From Bacteriovorax sp. (GTDB lineage: Bacteria; Bdellovibrionota; Bacteriovoracia; Bacteriovoracales; Bacteriovoracaceae): DNA of 64,000 nt. Positions within the stretch are counted from its first letter, which is position 1, and each line of letters begins with the position of its first letter. Below, piece by piece: positions 62,779 through 64,000 of this stretch. Both the position numbers and the translations under genes were made by a program. The stretch is taken from contig JAGOVS010000004.1 of assembly GCA_018060625.1 (NCBI GenBank), positions 636 through 64,635 of the forward strand. Direction: 5' to 3'. Below the pieces are notes generated by a model, which did no database searches, was not told the DNA's origin, and saw only the letters and a list, made by a program, of their open reading frames with translations.

Positions 62779-63780
62779 ATGTTTCAATATTTGGTTCGTT
62801 TTGCTCAATGCTCTTGTGCTTTTATTATCTTTTTTCTGAACATAGCTTGTGGTGAAGAGCTTAGGCACATAAAAATTTTAGATCAAATGATGTATACAAT
62901 TAATCCTCAGGCCCATATTGAAGGTCCTATTTTTAGGGATCAGAGCAATTTACTTGAAAAGACTCAGTATACATCAACTCTTGTAAAAATTATTTTAGTA
63001 GAAGCAGATCAGAGAGCAAAAAAATATTACGAAGCTGGGGATTTCCAAGCTTATTATGCCTTCTTGACATTGGCCCTTACGACCCCCTTGCATGAAGGAG
63101 TTTATGTGCACTTTAGGAATGTTGATGGGGATGTTTGTAGGACTGACGCCAACAGTGGAGAGATTGTCAGAAGAGCAAATTTAGAAACATATAAAATGTT
63201 TATTCAGTATTTTCAAAGGTCACAAGTTCCATTTTTTCCCAATTGCAGTGAAATGAATGTGACATCTGGGGTAAGGCAGATGATTCATGGAGGAGATGGT
63301 ACCGATTTGAGCATTATGCAAATAAGCATACGTTGGCATTTTGATGATTTCTTGGCCAATAAAAAATATGAAAGCGTTTCTCAAACGTTGGGATATGGTT
63401 TTGATCACTTACTCAGTGGTTTCGATCCTGTTTATAGAAATATTGCAGACTATGGATGTCTCATTGAAGAGAGGTATTTAAAAAAGAAAATTAGCTATAT
63501 AAATCTAATAAAAGGAGTGTGGGCCGGAAGATATAATTCAGGCTCAATTTCTCAAACGTGCAGATTTAACGATGTGAATTCACCATATCGCAAACATGAT
63601 GTTGGTTTTTCAAGAAATTTAAGTAAAGTTTTGGATTTTTCAGGGACTATTTCAGCAGATTATATTGGAGATCTTCCACTTGATGAGATTTCATCAAATG
63701 CATTTAAAGAAGTTGTGGGTAATCTTCGTCACAATTCTAATATTAGAAGTTCTCTTGATAAGTTGCTGGCAAAAGAATGA
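62779..63780 (+). CDS. Lipoprotein, possibly SLT-like transglycosylase
   Basis: ATG 62779 lies 4 nt after GAAGGAGGG. Signal peptide MFQYLVRFAQCSCAFIIFFLNIAC. Weak SLT-like motifs PLHEG, LSIMQISIRW and WAGRYNSGS. Confidence 0.4.
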   Translation: MFQYLVRFAQCSCAFIIFFLNIACGEELRHIKILDQMMYTINPQAHIEGPIFRDQSNLLEKTQYTSTLVKIILVEADQRAKKYYEAGDFQAYYAFLTLALTTPLHEGVYVHFRNVDGDVCRTDANSGEIVRRANLETYKMFIQYFQRSQVPFFPNCSEMNVTSGVRQMIHGGDGTDLSIMQISIRWHFDDFLANKKYESVSQTLGYGFDHLLSGFDPVYRNIADYGCLIEERYLKKKISYINLIKGVWAGRYNSGSISQTCRFNDVNSPYRKHDVGFSRNLSKVLDFSGTISADYIGDLPLDEISSNAFKEVVGNLRHNSNIRSSLDKLLAKE

Positions 63781-63824
63781 TAAAGTAAATTGTACTCTAT
63801 CTATTCGTTGTCATTATCTGTGCA

Positions 63825-64000
63825 ATGGGAGTTGTTAAGATTGAACAAGGGGTACAAGAGAAAGATGAGGCAAATAATGGACCCAAGTCTTTAGAGAACA
63901 ATATTTTTAATAAAGATAAAGATAAATTAAAAGGTCATTTTAATAAGCAAATACTAAATGACGAGAATTGGAAAAGCATAAATGATTATTCAATCCCACC
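63825..64000 (+). CDS. Partial ORF of unknown function running off the window end
   Basis: The frame is open from 63789 to the window end. The first canonical start is ATG 63825. The upstream in-frame ATG 63777 is separated from it by a TAA at 63786. Confidence 0.3.
   Translation, partial: MGVVKIEQGVQEKDEANNGPKSLENNIFNKDKDKLKGHFNKQILNDENWKSINDYSIP

Noticed and set aside
1-64000. Search for rRNA, tRNA, CRISPR arrays, transposases, integrases, prophage or toxin-antitoxin modules
   Set aside because: No ORF shows DDE, tyrosine-recombinase or serine-recombinase motifs. No spaced direct repeats were found. The intergenic regions are short and show no cloverleaf-like tRNA candidates that I could recognise by eye. 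Small RNAs cannot be excluded.

Overview
Visibly AT-rich, densely coding bacterial chromosome segment with about 65 genes. I found no rRNA, tRNA, CRISPR array, transposase, integrase or phage genes. Most genes are core housekeeping or envelope functions. These include alr (partial), mlaEF plus a long MCE protein, tsaC, a DciA-like gene with lptE and holA, rubrerythrin and rpsT. There is a fatty-acid or butyrate beta-oxidation set (hbd-crt-acd, a thiolase, two more acyl-CoA dehydrogenases). Also present are ppsR, miaA, mutL, pgi, rlmN, sppA, lapB, tolQRAB, ftsEX-envC-ctpA and xseA. Gene content suggests a Bdellovibrio-like or Bacteriovorax-like predatory lineage: an FHA-GGDEF cyclase of the DgcB type, a Hanks kinase, GYF_2 proteins and many exported wall enzymes. 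That assignment is inference only. The points most worth follow-up are listed here. (1) A contiguous cluster of exported peptidoglycan-modifying enzymes at 55.5-63.8 kb, containing a probable homopolymer frameshift in a lipoprotein signal peptide, a strong terminator hairpin inside the next gene's signal-peptide codons, and an in-frame TAA in a coupled downstream gene. (2) An Mla-type transporter whose MCE subunit has a long helical stalk and a beta-rich C-terminus ending in FFW. (3) Three exported or membrane proteins translationally coupled to lapB, just upstream of tolQRAB. (4) Several apparently catalytically degenerate signalling or enzyme paralogues: a sigma-54 activator-like protein without GAFTGA or Walker B, a histidine-kinase-like protein without an ATP-binding domain, an alpha/beta hydrolase with Ser->Gly at the nucleophile, a GH42-like protein without the acid/base Glu, and a MutL without endonuclease motifs. 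(5) A Lys/Ala/Pro-rich, histone-H1-like protein fused to a Cys3His knuckle. All product calls come from reading motifs by eye. No database search was possible.
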